Notes: generated by a model from the sequence alone, not told the origin. Numbered from the stretch's first letter, positions 19,068 to 28,553 are shown. The stretch: 33,271 bases of DNA from Myxococcota bacterium (GCA_040752415.1 JBFMGU010000116.1:1-33271); one strand, 5' to 3'. Program-made: numbers and translations.

Positions 19068-19133
19068 TCGCACGGGGCGACGCGCAGGCGGACTTCCCCC
19101 CCCGGTCCCCTGCGTGTCGCCCGTGCTTTTTTT
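19068..19133 (+). ncRNA. Candidate small RNA: single long hairpin with UCCCCCCCC loop and U7 tail
   Basis: Predicted +1 about 19068; 19070-19094 pairs with 19104-19126 (two bulges, two G-U); loop 19095-19103; T7 at 19127-19133. Confidence 0.65.
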
Positions 19134-19155
19134 GTGCCCTCGAAGCGGAGAAGAC

Positions 19156-19353
19156 ATGACGGCTCCGAGGACAACCCGACGCCCCCCACAGGCTCCCCGG
19201 CAGCACCGCCTCCGCGCATCGGAGGACGGAACGGCCACGCCCGAGGCCGAGTCGGAGCAGCGCCAGCTCACCGCGTTTGCGTTCATGCACCCCGGTCACG
19301 TGAAGGACCTGGTGGAGGAGCCGCGGCACCTGCTGGAAGAAACCGAGAGCTGA
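19156..19353 (+). CDS. Small hypothetical protein (65 aa)
   Basis: GCGGAG SD before ATG 19156; MTAPRTTRRPP...TAFAFMHPGHVKDLVEEPRHLLEETES; no recognised domain. Confidence 0.45.
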   Translation: MTAPRTTRRPPQAPRQHRLRASEDGTATPEAESEQRQLTAFAFMHPGHVKDLVEEPRHLLEETES

Positions 19354-19525
19354 AGGTCCCGGTCTGTCACACGTTCCAGCAGCCCTGCCCGTGCCCCTGC
19401 CCGGCTTGTGGAGTTCCGCCCCTCAGAGGTGTTGTCGGGCGGGAAACCATGCCAGTCGACGGGTCCCACAATCCGGGCACGGGCACGGCTCGCTTCGGTT
19501 GACGACGACAGACCCTGAGGCTTCA
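19351..19525. repeat. Long imperfect inverted repeat between convergent ORFs
   Basis: 19389-19411 versus 19466-19488 (21/23 complementary), GGTCTGTC/GACAGACC (19361-68/19507-14), inner TTCCGCCC/GGGCGGGA. Confidence 0.75.
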
Positions 19526-19933
19526 CAGCGCGTCGTTGCGGGCCAGGATGTCCAGCACGCGCTGTGGCAGCTGCACCAGCTTCTGATCACGGTCCAGGCA
19601 CACCATCTGGATGATGGCCTTCACCAGGGGCTGCGTGGCGCCACCGCGCCACACGCTCTGGTCGCACTGGATGCGGTAGTCGCTCTCCTTCTTCACCAGC
19701 GTGCGGATCTCCAGGCGGTCGCCGAACTTCGCGCCTTCCCGGTAGTGGATGTCCGCGCGGTACACCGCAAAGCCCACGCCGGTCTGCTTGTACATCTCGA
19801 GCAGCTCGTCGAGACCGAAGAAGTCCGAGCGCGCACGCTCAAAGTAGCGCAGGTAGTTGGCGTAGTAGACGACGCCGGAGAAGTCGGTGTCCTCGTAGAA
19901 GATGTTCACCGGGTAGATGTGCGGTTGCTGCAT
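19523..19933 (-). CDS. YbgC/FadM family acyl-CoA thioesterase
   Basis: YEDTDFSGVVYYANYLRYFERARSD hot-dog signature. Confidence 0.9.
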   Translation of the reverse strand: MQQPHIYPVNIFYEDTDFSGVVYYANYLRYFERARSDFFGLDELLEMYKQTGVGFAVYRADIHYREGAKFGDRLEIRTLVKKESDYRIQCDQSVWRGGATQPLVKAIIQMVCLDRDQKLVQLPQRVLDILARNDAL

Positions 19934-19960
19934 GATTGTACGCGCGGGCGGTGACGTGGC

Positions 19961-21913
19961 TCAGTTGTCGTCTTCGTCGCCGTCCGCCTCCTGGGCGGGG
20001 GATGCCACGTTGGCCCGGGGCACGTCCACCGCCGACTCCACCGCCGCCGCGCCATGGCTGCGCACGTCGGCCACGGCCACGCGGGTTCCGTCCGCCTGGA
20101 CCTCCACGGCGTAGATGGTGCCGATGTTCCGCACGCTGTGCAGCGTGTGGCCGCGTTGCTCCAGGAATTGCCGCGCGCTGTCCAGCATGTGCACGCCTTC
20201 ATAGGCCACGCGGTCCGGCAGGAGCTGGTGGTGGATGCGCGGCACGCCCACGGCGGAGCGCAGCGACATCTTGTGCTTGAAGCGGTTGATGAGGACCTGC
20301 GAGACGCTGGTGGGAATCATGGGTCCGCCCACGCCGCCCAGCACCAGCGCGGGACGTCCATCCTCGAGGACAATCGTGGGGCTCATGGACGAGAGCGGCG
20401 GCGCGCCGGGGAACGGCGTGTTCAGCGGTCCGTCGCTGAGGAAGTACGCGTTGGACTGACCGGGCGGGGCGCTGAAGTCATCCATGGTGTCATTGAGCAG
20501 GATGCCGGTGCCCTGACCCACCACCGCCGCACCAAAGCGGAAGTTGATGGTCATGGTGAGCGAGACCGCGTTGCCCATGGCGTCGACGACGCTGATGTGC
20601 GTGGTGCCGCCATCCTGCGGCTCCGCCTGGCGCAGTTCCGGCAACGGAATGCGACGCGCCGTGGAGATGCGGCTGGCGTGCGCCAGGATGCTGGGCTCCG
20701 CGGTGAAGACATCAAAAGGCACGTCCGCGCGCTCTCCGTCGCTGGCGTACTGCGTGCGGTCACTGAAGGACAGCCGCATGGCTTCCGCCAGGAGGTGCAT
20801 GTTCTGAGGGCGACCGTACGGCGTGGCGAGCGGGAGGTGCCGCGCCATGCGGTAGAGCTGGATGACCTGCAGGCCACCAATCGACGGAGGGCCGACGGTG
20901 AGGATGGTCTGGTTGCCGAACTGCGCATCCACCGCCGCGCTGACGCGCACGCGGTATTGCTGGAAGTCCACGTCGCGCATCAGGCCGCCGCGCTCGCGAC
21001 ATCCCTCGACGATGGCCTGGCTGAGCGGCCCACCGTAGAAGGCCTGCGGCCCGTCCTTGGCAAGCAGGCGCATGCTCATGGCCAGGTCGGGTTGGTAGAG
21101 GATGTCTCCCTTGCGGAGTGGCCCGGCGCCGTCACGCAGGTAGATCTTGCGGGCGTCGGGATCCTCGTTCAGCGCGGGTTCCCGCTCCCGGATGCGCGCG
21201 GCCAGCAGGCCACCCACGACGACACCGTTCTGCGCGGCGGCAATGGCGTCGTTGAACAACGTCTCCCAGGCGAGCACGCCGCCGGCCTGGTGCAACGCCC
21301 ACAATCCCGCCGGCGCACCGGGAATGGCCACGGCGGTGCATCCCCGACGGAGCTTCAGCACCGCGGCGGCGTTGTCGGGCGTGAGCAGCGGCGCGCGCTC
21401 ACGGAAATCCAGGACCTCCGCGCCCAGGCTGCCGGCGTGATGCACCACGGCAAACCCGCCGCCGCCCAGCCCCGCGTGATACGGCTCGACGACACCAATG
21501 GTCAGCGCGGCAGCCACCGCGGCGTCCATGGCGTTGCCACCCGCGGCCAGCGCGCTCAGCGCGGCACGCGTGGCGAGGGGATGTCCCGTGGCCACCGCGC
21601 CACCATGCCCCACGGCCTCCACCACCTTGGGATACGCGGGCAGGCCCTTGGCGGCGCGTGCGGTCAGATCACGACGACGACGCTGTCCCTGCGTGCGCGT
21701 CCCCGGACGGGTGAGCGCGGGATCCGGAGCCCACGCAACACCGAGCTCCTCCGCGGTGGGCGCGGCGGCGCGCGTGGCAGGCGGCTTCTGCGTTTCCACC
21801 ACGACGGCGTTGGCGTGCGCGGAGTCCTCGCGCATCAGCAATGCCAGGGCGAGCAGACCCGCCAGGGCGGCGGCAGCGGTCAGCGGCTTCCGACGTTGCA
21901 CAAGGGTGTTCAT
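19961..21913 (-). CDS. ggt: Gamma-glutamyltransferase
   Basis: GGNAMDAAVAA, GLGGGGF, DFRERAP, autoprocessing site GG|TTHISVVD, LLNDTMDDF, LSSMSPT, PRIHHQ; N-terminal signal/TM; start uncertain (21913 or 21946). Confidence 0.92.
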   Translation of the reverse strand: MNTLVQRRKPLTAAAALAGLLALALLMREDSAHANAVVVETQKPPATRAAAPTAEELGVAWAPDPALTRPGTRTQGQRRRRDLTARAAKGLPAYPKVVEAVGHGGAVATGHPLATRAALSALAAGGNAMDAAVAAALTIGVVEPYHAGLGGGGFAVVHHAGSLGAEVLDFRERAPLLTPDNAAAVLKLRRGCTAVAIPGAPAGLWALHQAGGVLAWETLFNDAIAAAQNGVVVGGLLAARIREREPALNEDPDARKIYLRDGAGPLRKGDILYQPDLAMSMRLLAKDGPQAFYGGPLSQAIVEGCRERGGLMRDVDFQQYRVRVSAAVDAQFGNQTILTVGPPSIGGLQVIQLYRMARHLPLATPYGRPQNMHLLAEAMRLSFSDRTQYASDGERADVPFDVFTAEPSILAHASRISTARRIPLPELRQAEPQDGGTTHISVVDAMGNAVSLTMTINFRFGAAVVGQGTGILLNDTMDDFSAPPGQSNAYFLSDGPLNTPFPGAPPLSSMSPTIVLEDGRPALVLGGVGGPMIPTSVSQVLINRFKHKMSLRSAVGVPRIHHQLLPDRVAYEGVHMLDSARQFLEQRGHTLHSVRNIGTIYAVEVQADGTRVAVADVRSHGAAAVESAVDVPRANVASPAQEADGDEDDN

Positions 21914-22032
21914 CAGCCGACACGAGGGTGGGAGAACCGGGTGCACATTGTAGCCGGTCCGGCCCCGCGTCCACTTCTCTCTTTTTCATCGCGGCTCGTG
22001 TGGCCATCACGCCCACATGCGCCGGCGCCGAG

Positions 22033-22704
22033 TCAGGTGGTTCCGCTCTGGCGCAGCGTGGGATCGGTGCTCTTGTTGAAGCACGGCTTGGCCATGCCCA
22101 GTCCGGGGAGGAACGGACCCGCCACGCCACCCGCCAGCCCGCCGACGATGCCGCCCGCGGGCAGGGCCAACAGGATCAGCAGCCAGGGACTGGGCGCCTG
22201 GTCCGGGAGCGCGGGCGCAACGTTGCGAACAAGGAGCAGGTTGTAGACGCCCACCACGACGAGCGCGGCGGCGCTCAAGCCAATGGCGCCCACCGTGGCC
22301 CCCACGATCGCTCCCCCCGCCCACGACGGAAGACCCACGTTGAGAAGGCCTTGGCGACCGGAGCCCCGCTCGCGGCACTCGTCGGTCTGAACCGGCGCGG
22401 CCTCCTCGGCGGGCGGCGGAGCGGCCTGGGGCGCGGGCGCGGCCTCGGGCGTGGGCTGGGGCGCGGGCGCCGCTTCCGGCACCGGCGTGACGACGGGCGC
22501 GTTGGGATCCTGCGGCGTGGTGGCGACGGGCAGCGCGGCGGGCGGAGGCTCCTCCGGGGCGGGCGCGGCGGCGGGGGGCAGCGTGGTGTCCGCCGGGGGC
22601 GGGGTCTGCTCAGCCTCCTGGGCATTGGCGGTGTTGACGTCGATGACAGCGGCCAGCGTCGCGGCGAGCGCGGTGGCCAGGAGGGGGAACAGACGCGTGG
22701 ACAC
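22033..22704 (-). CDS. Hypothetical membrane protein with Pro/Ala/Glu-rich N-terminal region
   Basis: GTG 22704 with GGAGA SD; signal peptide, PA/PE-rich stalk, two Gly-rich hydrophobic helices. Confidence 0.6.
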   Translation of the reverse strand: MSTRLFPLLATALAATLAAVIDVNTANAQEAEQTPPPADTTLPPAAAPAPEEPPPAALPVATTPQDPNAPVVTPVPEAAPAPQPTPEAAPAPQAAPPPAEEAAPVQTDECRERGSGRQGLLNVGLPSWAGGAIVGATVGAIGLSAAALVVVGVYNLLLVRNVAPALPDQAPSPWLLILLALPAGGIVGGLAGGVAGPFLPGLGMAKPCFNKSTDPTLRQSGTT

Positions 22705-22765
22705 GGGGTGAATCTCCGCCGGGGATGGGGCCGGGAACAGACTCCGCGCGGCCGGCGGCGTCAAC

Positions 22766-23707
22766 TCACTGGGGCGTGAGGCTGAATTGCGCGCGCACCG
22801 CGGCGTGGTCGGAGCCGGCCCACCGACGGACCGTGCCTTCCTTCATCACCTCCACCGTCCCTGACACGTACTGCCCTCTGCTCGACGTCACCGCGAAGAT
22901 GTGGTCGATCGCCTCGGGGGTGCCCTGGAACGTGTAGGTAGCGTCGTCGTCGCCAGGGAGCTCGCTGGCCACGCGCAGCAGGGCGTCGCCTTCCTCCAGC
23001 GCATCAATGGGTGGGGAACCCGGGACGTCATTGAGGTCGCCACCCATCAGCACGGTGGCGTCGGGATACGTGTTGGCCACCGCCGTCATGATCTGCTTCG
23101 CCGCCTTCGCCTCGGCGAGTCGCCGACCGGGATCATCATTCGCCTTGGAACGGAAGTGCGCCGAGAAGACGATCACGCGGTGCCCCTCCAGGCCGACGTG
23201 GACCTCGAGGAACTCGCGCGAGAACCGCGTGGAGCTGCCATCCTCGCGGTAGAGCGTCTGGTCCTTGTGGGAATGCGTGGCCATCAGCGTTCCCTTGGCC
23301 ATCACCGCGGTGTCGACGGAAGCGTCCGTTCCCAGCTCCCCCAGCACCGCCACGGTGTACTCGGGCAGGCGCGTCTTGAGCGCATCCAGGCACTCCTGGG
23401 ACTCAATCTCCTGCAGCGTGACGACGTCCGCCTCGAGACCACGAATTCCGTCGGCAACCTCGTCGGCCTTGGCCTCGAACTCACTCGAGCTGAGGACCTG
23501 CTCGAAGTCGTCGGGATCACAGTTCCCGCTGTTGCAGGTCTTGTCCCAGAACAGGTGCGTGTTCCACGTGGCCATGGTGACGACGAGCGGCCCGGTGTTG
23601 CCACCCGCGTCGGGAGGTTCGTTGGTGCCGGCGTCCGCGTCGTTGCTTTGCGGCGTGGGTGAACAGGCGAGCGAGAGGAGGAGGAAGGAGATGCAGGCGT
23701 TGCGCAT
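22766..23707 (-). CDS. Endonuclease/exonuclease/phosphatase (EEP) family lipoprotein
   Basis: Lipobox SLAC; MATWNT, DVVTLQEIE, HFRSK, GDLND, IDHIF, SDH motifs. Confidence 0.9.
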   Translation of the reverse strand: MRNACISFLLLSLACSPTPQSNDADAGTNEPPDAGGNTGPLVVTMATWNTHLFWDKTCNSGNCDPDDFEQVLSSSEFEAKADEVADGIRGLEADVVTLQEIESQECLDALKTRLPEYTVAVLGELGTDASVDTAVMAKGTLMATHSHKDQTLYREDGSSTRFSREFLEVHVGLEGHRVIVFSAHFRSKANDDPGRRLAEAKAAKQIMTAVANTYPDATVLMGGDLNDVPGSPPIDALEEGDALLRVASELPGDDDATYTFQGTPEAIDHIFAVTSSRGQYVSGTVEVMKEGTVRRWAGSDHAAVRAQFSLTPQ

Positions 23708-23745
23708 GACGGCGGGCACCATGGCACAAGCCGCGGCGTCCCGCC

Positions 23746-24297
23746 TCAGCGCTTCAACGCATCCCGCGCCCTGCTGGCCAGCGCGTCCTTGGCCGCCTGG
23801 TCCAGGTCCGGGTCCTGCTGGATTCCCGAGACAATGGATCCCACGTCGACGGCAACCAGCGCGTACAGGTTGTCATCCTTGGCCAGCCAGAGGTCCATGA
23901 CGCGGGCGCCGTTCACCGCAAACGCACTGAGGCGCGCGGCCAGATCGGGCTTGGGCGGGCCGCCGGAGAGGTTGCCGCAGTTGGTCGCGCACTTGTTGAT
24001 GGCGTCGACGAGGACGTTCTTCACCTTCTCCGCCAGTTGCGACTTGGCCTGATCCACGGCATGCCGCGCCACCTCACCGGGGGCCTGGGGACGCGTGGCC
24101 TTGGCCAACGTCACCACGGCGCAGAGTCCTTCCACGTTCTTGCTGCGCATCTCCGCCTGGCAGTCGCCACCAATCCAGGAGGGATCTTTGATGAGCACCG
24201 GCGCGTCCTTGCCCCCGCGCTTGGCCAGGGCTGCGCATCCACCACCAGCCACCAGGAGGGCCATCACCAGGCCCGCCGCTCCACGACGACAATCCAT
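23746..24297 (-). CDS. Hypothetical lipoprotein (LPP20-like)
   Basis: AAAAGGAG SD; MDCRRGAAGLVMALLVAGGGC lipoprotein signal; PSWI..., A..QLAEKV, VNGARV.D.W...DNLYALV pattern. This is the 3' part of the 614-aa track ORF. Confidence 0.65.
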   Translation of the reverse strand: MDCRRGAAGLVMALLVAGGGCAALAKRGGKDAPVLIKDPSWIGGDCQAEMRSKNVEGLCAVVTLAKATRPQAPGEVARHAVDQAKSQLAEKVKNVLVDAINKCATNCGNLSGGPPKPDLAARLSAFAVNGARVMDLWLAKDDNLYALVAVDVGSIVSGIQQDPDLDQAAKDALASRARDALKR

Positions 24298-24477
24298 GTC
24301 TCCAACTCCTTTTCCCGCAAGCGCCGCGTTGGACGGCGAACGGGTGCGCCGAATTCGCGCCATCCGAGGATTCCCCCCGCACGCGCGCACGTTCCCTCGT
24401 CGTGGAGCGGCGTTCAAGCGTGCTGCGTTGGCTGCGCATTTGGAGTGCGCCATCCCCAGCCGGTAGCGTCCCATTTC

Positions 24478-25920
24478 ATGTGGCAGCGGGTGGGTCGGGT
24501 TGCGGGCGTCCTGGTGTTCCTGGGGGTGGCGTTCATCCCGTCGGGATTGCACCAGTTGGAAGGATTTGGTCGTCGGCCCGCGTACGCGGCGGCGGTGGCG
24601 GCGTGGATGGCCGTGTGGTGGCTGACGGAAGCGGTGCCCATTGCTCTCACCGCGTGTCTCCCGCTCGTCGCGTTTCCGTTGCTCGGGGTGTTCGGCAAGG
24701 GCTTTGGTGGCGACGTGATGGCGGCCGCGGAGCCGTTCGTGGACCCGTACATCTTCCTGTTCATGGGCGGCATGGCGCTGGGCGCAGCCATGGAGCAGAC
24801 CAACCTGCACCGTCGGGTGGCGTTGCACATCATGCGCGTGATTGGCACCCGGCCCAAGCAGCTCCTCCTGGGAATCCTCGTCGCCACCGCGGCCATCTCC
24901 ATGTGGATCTCCAACACCGCCACCGCGGTCATGATGATGCCCATTGGCATGGCGCTCCTGGCCCAGCTTGCCGTGACGACGGGACGAGCGCGTCTGGACT
25001 GGTTTGGCTGCTCGGTGATGCTTGCCGTGGCGTACGGCGCCAACGTCGGCGGCATTGGCACCAAGATCGGCACGGGGACCAACTCCATCTTCTGTGGCTT
25101 CGTCGCCGACGTGCTCAAGCGCGACATCGGCTTCCTCGAGTACGTGGCCATTGGCACGCCGTTCGTGGTGCTGTTCATCCCGCTTGCCTGGGCGGCGTTG
25201 TGGCGCGTGGGTCGCAAGGACCAGCTCCCCGACGTGCAGGCGGGCGAGATCATTGACGCCGAGCTGCGCAAGATGGGCGCCATGACGTCGGGAGAGCGCA
25301 CCGTGGCGACGATCTTCCTGCTCGCCGCCTTCCTCTGGATCTTCGCCGACCCCATCCGGGGCGTCGTCACACCGCTGCTCAAGTCCATGTGGCCCACGCT
25401 GAAATTCCAGGGCAAGCACTACGAGGCGGTGGTGGCCATGGGCGCGGGCCTGCTCTGCCTGGCGACGAGAACGCTCGACACGCAGGGACTCAAGCGCGTC
25501 CCGTGGAGCACGTTGCTCCTGCTGGGCGGCAGCTTTGCCATGGCGGCGGGCATGGAGGGCAGCGGGCTCTCCAGCTGGATGGCCGCGCATCTCAAGTCCA
25601 TCGTCGACATGCCCCTGATTGCGCAGCTTGCGCTCGCCAGCTTCTCCAGCGTGTTCCTGTCCGCGGTGGCGTCGAACACGGCGACGATCAACGTCCTCAT
25701 CAACGTCATGCCGCGAAACCTGCTGTTGCTGGCCGCGGCCACCATCGGCTCGTCGTGCGACTTTGCGTTGCCGGCCGGCACACCGCCCAACGCCATTGTG
25801 TTTGGGAGCGGCTACGTGCGTCTCCCCGTGATGATGCGCGCGGGTTTCGTGTTGGACCTGGTGGCCGCCGCCGTCATCACGCTCTACGCCTACCTGTACC
25901 TGCCGCTGCTCCTGGGCTGA
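24478..25920 (+). CDS. SLC13/DASS family sodium-coupled anion symporter
   Basis: WWLTEAVP, FLFMGG..LG.AME..NLHRR.AL, SMWISNTATA.MM.PI, ASNTAT, FALPAGTPPNAIVFGSG. Confidence 0.93.
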   Translation: MWQRVGRVAGVLVFLGVAFIPSGLHQLEGFGRRPAYAAAVAAWMAVWWLTEAVPIALTACLPLVAFPLLGVFGKGFGGDVMAAAEPFVDPYIFLFMGGMALGAAMEQTNLHRRVALHIMRVIGTRPKQLLLGILVATAAISMWISNTATAVMMMPIGMALLAQLAVTTGRARLDWFGCSVMLAVAYGANVGGIGTKIGTGTNSIFCGFVADVLKRDIGFLEYVAIGTPFVVLFIPLAWAALWRVGRKDQLPDVQAGEIIDAELRKMGAMTSGERTVATIFLLAAFLWIFADPIRGVVTPLLKSMWPTLKFQGKHYEAVVAMGAGLLCLATRTLDTQGLKRVPWSTLLLLGGSFAMAAGMEGSGLSSWMAAHLKSIVDMPLIAQLALASFSSVFLSAVASNTATINVLINVMPRNLLLLAAATIGSSCDFALPAGTPPNAIVFGSGYVRLPVMMRAGFVLDLVAAAVITLYAYLYLPLLLG

Positions 25921-25997
25921 CGTTCAGCTGCGACGTCCGCGCCTCAGTTGTCATGCGGTGAGGTCGTGCGTCCGCTGACGCCTCCTCAACTTTCCGA

Positions 25998-26113
25998 GGA
26001 CCGAACGGTCCGCCCCCACCGGCCGTCACGCTCGGCAACCTGTTGATCCGCCGGTGTTTTCCGCCCGGGTTTCGACTTTCACGCGCCGCGGTGTCCATTG
26101 GCATGGAACGTGA
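25998..26113 (+). promoter_or_regulatory. Possible variant sigma54 promoter with IHF-like site and palindrome
   Basis: TGGCATGGAACGTGA (GG-N10-GA, non-consensus -12); GATCAACAGGTTG on the minus strand (26036-26048, one mismatch to IHF consensus); GGACCG-AA-CGGTCC (25998-26011). Confidence 0.4.
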
Positions 26114-26159
26114 TGAAGCCGTTCGTCATCACCGCACGAAAATGCCCGTGGAGGAACCC

Positions 26160-26501
26160 ATGTCCGTTGCCCACCACCAGCGCAAGTCCGAGCGCGCGCC
26201 TTTCCGTGGAACCGTGGCGCTCTGTCGTCAGCGCACGCCCCGCCTGGTGGCCACGGAGAACATTGGCACCGACGGAATCTTCCTGCGCGTGGATGAGCAG
26301 CTCACGGAGCGCTCCCTGGTCACCTTGCGCATCAACGTGCCGGGTGAGACGGGATTCACCGTCATGGGGCGCGTGATCCATCGTGACGACGAACTGAGCG
26401 GCGTGGGCGTGGAATTCCTGGACATCCTCCCGCGCGACCGCGCCCGCATCCACGCGTACCTCACACGCGCCCGCAACAGCGACGTGGAACGCGCGGGCTG
26501 A
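26160..26501 (+). CDS. Single-domain PilZ protein
   Basis: RxxxR (RKSER) and NxGxxG (NIGTDG) motifs, GVGVEF; GGAGGA SD before ATG 26160. Confidence 0.85.
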   Translation: MSVAHHQRKSERAPFRGTVALCRQRTPRLVATENIGTDGIFLRVDEQLTERSLVTLRINVPGETGFTVMGRVIHRDDELSGVGVEFLDILPRDRARIHAYLTRARNSDVERAG

Positions 26502-26507
26502 GCCCTC

Positions 26508-28409
26508 CTACTTCGTCCACTCCAGGCTCTCCACGACGGGGAGTTGCAGCGCGCGTTCCCTCTCCAGGTCCAGGTTGCCCACGTGCAGTGAGAGCGGCGC
26601 CTGCACCCACTTGTAGATGGACTGCGTGAACATGCGGGTGAACTTCTCCACCCACTGCTTGAGCTGCGCCTCGTCGATGTCCGGGAACATGCTGCGCAGC
26701 GCGTAGACCATCTCGTCGGGAGAGAGCTTCTCCGCGGCGTAGAGGTGGAAGCAGCAGTCCAGCACGCGGAACGGCATCAGCTCGTCCTCGCCCTTCTGGT
26801 TGGCGGCCAGCTCGGGTCCCGCGGGAGCGGACAGCGTCATGCGAATGCCCTCGAAGTCGTGCTGCTCGAGGAGATACTCCAGCAGGAAGATCACCACCGT
26901 CTTGGGAACGTTGGCCAGCACCGCCAGCGCGCCTTCCAGGTCGCCGCCAATGGTGGTGTAGCCCATGGCCTTCTCACTCATGTTCCCCGTCTGCAGGAAC
27001 AACATGTTCGTGGTGTTGGCCCAGTTCCACATCCGCTGGCCACGCAGGCGGGCCTGCACGTTCTGCATGGTCACCGGCGTCAGCTCACCGCCCACCATCG
27101 TCCTCGCCGCCTCGGCCTCGCGGTTGAACGCATCCTCGATGGGCACGATCTTGAGGGGGACACCCAGCTCCTCGCAGATGCGCTGCGCGCTCCGCTGCGT
27201 GTGGTCCGACGAGAAACGCGTGGGCATGTAGAACGCCTGCAGCATCTCCCCGGTGCGCTTGCGACGCTCCGCCGCATCCACGTCGGCAAAACGCTTCTGC
27301 AGGTAACGCCAGGCCACCAGCAGCGTCAGCAGTGAGTCACGACCGCCGCTGAGCGCAATGCCCAGGCCTTTGAACGCGCGCGTCTTCTCCAGGTAGTCGC
27401 CCACGCCCAGCGCCAGCGCGTCCAGCAGGTCCTCGCAGAACTCTTCGCGCGCGCTGCGTGGCGTCGTCATGGAGGGGAGGAAGAAGCTCTTGTGGGCGGG
27501 GAACGGGTACGGCAGTTGGGTCCGGTCCGCGGTGGCGCCCTCGGCGGTGAGGACCGTGGGGATGGGGCCGTTCTCGCGCGCGTTCAGGCAGTCGTTGCGC
27601 CACGTGGTGTTCTCGGTGCGCAGCCGGCTGGTGCGGTCCAGGTCGACGACGGCCGAAGCCCAGGTCTCCTTGAAGCGCGGCGCGTCCAGTACCGGCCGCC
27701 CGTTCTGGTGGATGAAGCCGCCTCCGTCGAAGATGAGGCCGTCATTGGAGCCCACGCAGTTCACGTAGGCCAGCGTGCACTGGTTGTCCGCGGAGCGCGT
27801 GGCCAGCATCTCACGACGCGTTCCCATCACGCCCATGCGGTACGGCGAGGCGGAGAGGTTCACCACCAGCTCGGCGCCGGCGTAGCAACGTCGACGCATG
27901 GGGCCATCCGGTGTCCACACGTCCTCGCAGACCTCGACGGCGAGGTTGCCGAAATCAAACGTGAACACCAGGTCACCCAGCGGGACGCCGTGCACTTCCT
28001 CGACGTGACCGGGCCGCCCACCCGAGAAGATCCGCTGCTCGTAGAACACGTTGTAGGTGGGCAGCTTCTCCTTGGGCACCAGGCCCAGCACGCGACCGCG
28101 GTGGACCACGGCGGCGCAGTTGTAGAGATGCCCGTGCTTCTCGACGGTGAGCCCCAGCACGAACACCGTGCCCGCGTTGCGCGTGCCCTCCGCAAAACGC
28201 CTCAGCTCCCGCCACTGCGACGTCACGAACCCGCGCCACTGACTGAGGTCCTCGGCCGCGTAGCCGCCCACTACCTGCTCGGGGAAGCAGCCCACCGTGA
28301 CGTTGGCGTCGACCATCTCGTGTGCCAGCCGCAGGCACCGGTCCACGTTGGAGCGCACCGCTCCGACGGTGGGATTCACGTGACCCAGCGCCACCTTGAT
28401 CAGCCTCAT
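26508..28409 (-). CDS. nadE: Glutamine-dependent NAD+ synthetase
   Basis: Nitrilase-like domain (FPEQ, KEKLPTYNVFYE, EVCEDVW) plus synthetase domain (ALSGGRDS, QNVQARLRG, TGNMSEKAMGYTT.GGD); start MRLIKVALG at 28409. Confidence 0.93.
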   Translation of the reverse strand: MRLIKVALGHVNPTVGAVRSNVDRCLRLAHEMVDANVTVGCFPEQVVGGYAAEDLSQWRGFVTSQWRELRRFAEGTRNAGTVFVLGLTVEKHGHLYNCAAVVHRGRVLGLVPKEKLPTYNVFYEQRIFSGGRPGHVEEVHGVPLGDLVFTFDFGNLAVEVCEDVWTPDGPMRRRCYAGAELVVNLSASPYRMGVMGTRREMLATRSADNQCTLAYVNCVGSNDGLIFDGGGFIHQNGRPVLDAPRFKETWASAVVDLDRTSRLRTENTTWRNDCLNARENGPIPTVLTAEGATADRTQLPYPFPAHKSFFLPSMTTPRSAREEFCEDLLDALALGVGDYLEKTRAFKGLGIALSGGRDSLLTLLVAWRYLQKRFADVDAAERRKRTGEMLQAFYMPTRFSSDHTQRSAQRICEELGVPLKIVPIEDAFNREAEAARTMVGGELTPVTMQNVQARLRGQRMWNWANTTNMLFLQTGNMSEKAMGYTTIGGDLEGALAVLANVPKTVVIFLLEYLLEQHDFEGIRMTLSAPAGPELAANQKGEDELMPFRVLDCCFHLYAAEKLSPDEMVYALRSMFPDIDEAQLKQWVEKFTRMFTQSIYKWVQAPLSLHVGNLDLERERALQLPVVESLEWTK

Positions 28410-28553
28410 CTCGCCACTTCCTTGGGCCGCGCCGGCGGCGCAGGCTCCGTCCTTCAAGCTGGAGGCCACGGACATACCGCACCACCCCGCACCAGGCACC
28501 CCCACCCCGCAACGCGGTTGCCGGACACCCCGGTGACGTCGTAGGTCGGCGCC

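Noticed and set aside
23746..25590. 614-aa ORF as one protein
   Set aside because: The 5' part is antisense to the DASS permease; only 24297-23746 has an SD and signal peptide.
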